A DNA stretch of 63,752 nt, the filler included, from Octopus bimaculoides (lineage: Eukaryota): NCBI RefSeq assembly GCF_001194135.2. It is 5 parts of 4 records of this genome, joined end to end, with 100 filler letters (N's around TTAATTAATTAA, not from the genome) between each part and the next. Parts side by side here need not be neighbours in the genome. Positions count along the whole stretch, not along the records: positions 52,637 to 61,683 come from NC_068991.1; positions 61,784 to 63,752 come from NW_026361056.1; 3 more parts are not named here. One strand, 5' to 3'. A program made the translations under genes and the position numbers. Of this stretch, positions 61,591-63,752 are shown piece after piece. The notes beneath the pieces were generated by a model. It was not told where the DNA came from, searched no databases, and saw nothing but the letters and a program-made list of their open reading frames with translations. The first letter of the stretch is position 1; each line of letters starts with the position of its first letter.

Positions 61591-63002
61591 GATAATGAAA
61601 GGTAACAGGTCAAAACTTCAAAGTCACTATCACCTCTCTTTTTGTCTTCTTGTAAAAATATGTACTCTATAAATAATGAGTAANNNNNNNNNNNNNNNNN
61701 NNNNNNNNNNNNNNNNNNNNNNNNNNNTTAATTAATTAANNNNNNNNNNNNNNNNNNNNNNNNNNNNNNNNNNNNNNNNNNNNTACACACACACACACAC
61801 ACATACGTATTCATATGCTCGTACTCACACCCGATCATACGGTGCATGTCGTGCTTCCGAAAATTGGTTAATTTGTTAAAAACGTAACCCGAGCTGACAT
61901 CAGCCGGGGTAAGTGAGAGAAATTTGAAAATTTACTAAAATTATATACACTTGCAAGAACAAAGCCATAAACCGCAAGTTGACGATATTTTGTTGAAACT
62001 TTAGAGAATTTAAATCGACCAATTTCAAAGACAAAATTAACACCGCAGATTTTATTAAATAGAAGCAGTTTTGGCAGTGCTAAGAGTTGTTAATGCAATT
62101 ACTTTTGATAATACATCTGGCATGCATCTATAATGCTGAAATTTGCTTGAGCACAAAGTAAATTTGGTTTAGAGTTAATAATTTAATATGTAGTTTACAT
62201 AATTATGTTATGAATATGCTTGCTTAACAAAAGGCATGTGATAATGACACGTTGAAGACGTAGGAACTCATTCGTTTTAAAAGCTGTTCTAAAGTGCAAA
62301 CATTCGTCGGTGCTACAACAGCAGAAATAAGAGTTGACGTACGACAAAACCAACATCAACAGGACAGAATAAGAAATAACCAAAGATTTAATCTGTAGTA
62401 AAGAAAGGCGATTTAGTAATATCAGATATACACATCTCTTTCAGGATATATGATAAATGTTTTTAGTGACATCAGAAACTCAGTGACAACTTGGCATTAT
62501 ATAAATTAGACAGGGTGGTAATTATATAGTAAAACAGGATACGATCATGCATTCGAAATGTAGTAACTGTAAAACGACTGAATTAGCAAATGCGGGGTAA
62601 AGATATATAAAATTTTGACTAAAGAGGATATGACGACATATTGAACAGGTAAAAATAGTTGGCTCACTGAGTTGGCTAATGAAATGTGATAAACATATAA
62701 GTTTAGCAAGAAAGGATATGATTAAAAATCAGATACAAGTAATAACATGCATTAGCCAATGAAATTACTCTTTTACTCTTTTACTTGTTTCAGTCATTTG
62801 ACTGTGGCCATGCTGGAGTACCGCCTTTTAGTCGAGCTAATCGACCCCATGACTTATTCTTTGTAAGCCTAGTACTTATTCTACCGGTCTCTTTTACCGA
62901 ACCGTTAAGTTACGGGGACGTAAACACACCAGCATCAGTTATCAAGTGATGTTNNNNNNNNNNNNNNNNNNNNNNNNNNNNNNNNNNNNNNNNNNNNNNN
63001 NN

Positions 63003-63057
<55 letters not shown>

Positions 63058-63191
63058 CATATATACGATGGGCTTTCAGTTTCCGTCTTGGGACTGAACC
63101 CGGAACAATGTGGTTCGTAAGCAAGCTCATATTGTTCCAGTCCATTCAGCTGATAAAACGAGTTGTATCTGTAATTCAAAGGGTCAGTCTT

Positions 63192-63277
63192 GCCACATTC
63201 TGTGCCATTCTGTGCCATTCTGTGCCATTCTGTGCCATTCTGTGCCATTCTGTGCCATTCTGTGCCATTCTGTGCCC
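63192..63277 (+). repeat. 10-bp minisatellite (TGTGCCATTC)n
   Basis: Seven near-perfect units. Confidence 0.95.
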
Positions 63278-63702
63278 TTGAGAACTACGTTAAAGTTATG
63301 CATGTCTGTGGCGTGCTCAGCAACTTGCACGTTAATTTCGCGAGCAGGCTGTTCCGTTGATCGGATCAACTGGAACCCTCATCGATGCAAGCGACGGAGT
63401 GCCAGTTTTTTCCATCTGTATATGTACACACATATATAATGTACATACACACACACACACATGTGTGCATTTATTATTTAATATGCGACTGTTTGTTTGG
63501 ATATAATATATATATATATATATATGTATATGCACACACACATACACATACATACAGACACAATCATACACACATATACATATTACATTTATATATGTAT
63601 ATATATATGTACATGGATATTTATCTATCCATTCATGTGTGTGTGTGTGTGAGTATTTGTTCGTTACTATGCGCCTTTTTGTTAGTTTCTGTATATCTCT
63701 GT

Positions 63703-63752
<50 letters not shown>

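Overview
Repeat-dense, gappy metazoan genomic DNA. The SINE/RTE repertoire and microsatellite load are most consistent with an octopus/cephalopod draft assembly (inference). Host-gene content I can support: two consecutive minus-strand ankyrin-repeat exons of a CASKIN-like gene (17672-17780, 17257-17365), a few unidentified but well-spliced exon candidates (plus 53730-53867 and 57589-57695; minus 30300-30419), and a CpG-retaining promoter-like zone near 45.6-48.3 kb. The rest is mostly mobile DNA: a decayed Ty3/Gypsy element with its 5' LTR and tRNA-Trp PBS, two related solo LTRs, two Penelope-like elements, several minimal hammerhead ribozymes, RTE LINEs with a PHD-type finger inside the RT, Tx1-like LINE fragments, a mariner, non-autonomous Helitron(s), TTAA-type MITEs and many tRNA-derived SINEs. 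The most interesting signals are a SINE 3' tail shared with a Tx1-like LINE, a LINE-ORF1/SINE chimera, the RT-embedded PHD finger, a GIY-YIG domain split by about 800 bp of low-complexity sequence, hammerheads with a shared non-canonical core, and a ~130-bp-arm intronic hairpin. All calls were made by eye; no database searches were run, and coordinates of repeat ends are approximate.
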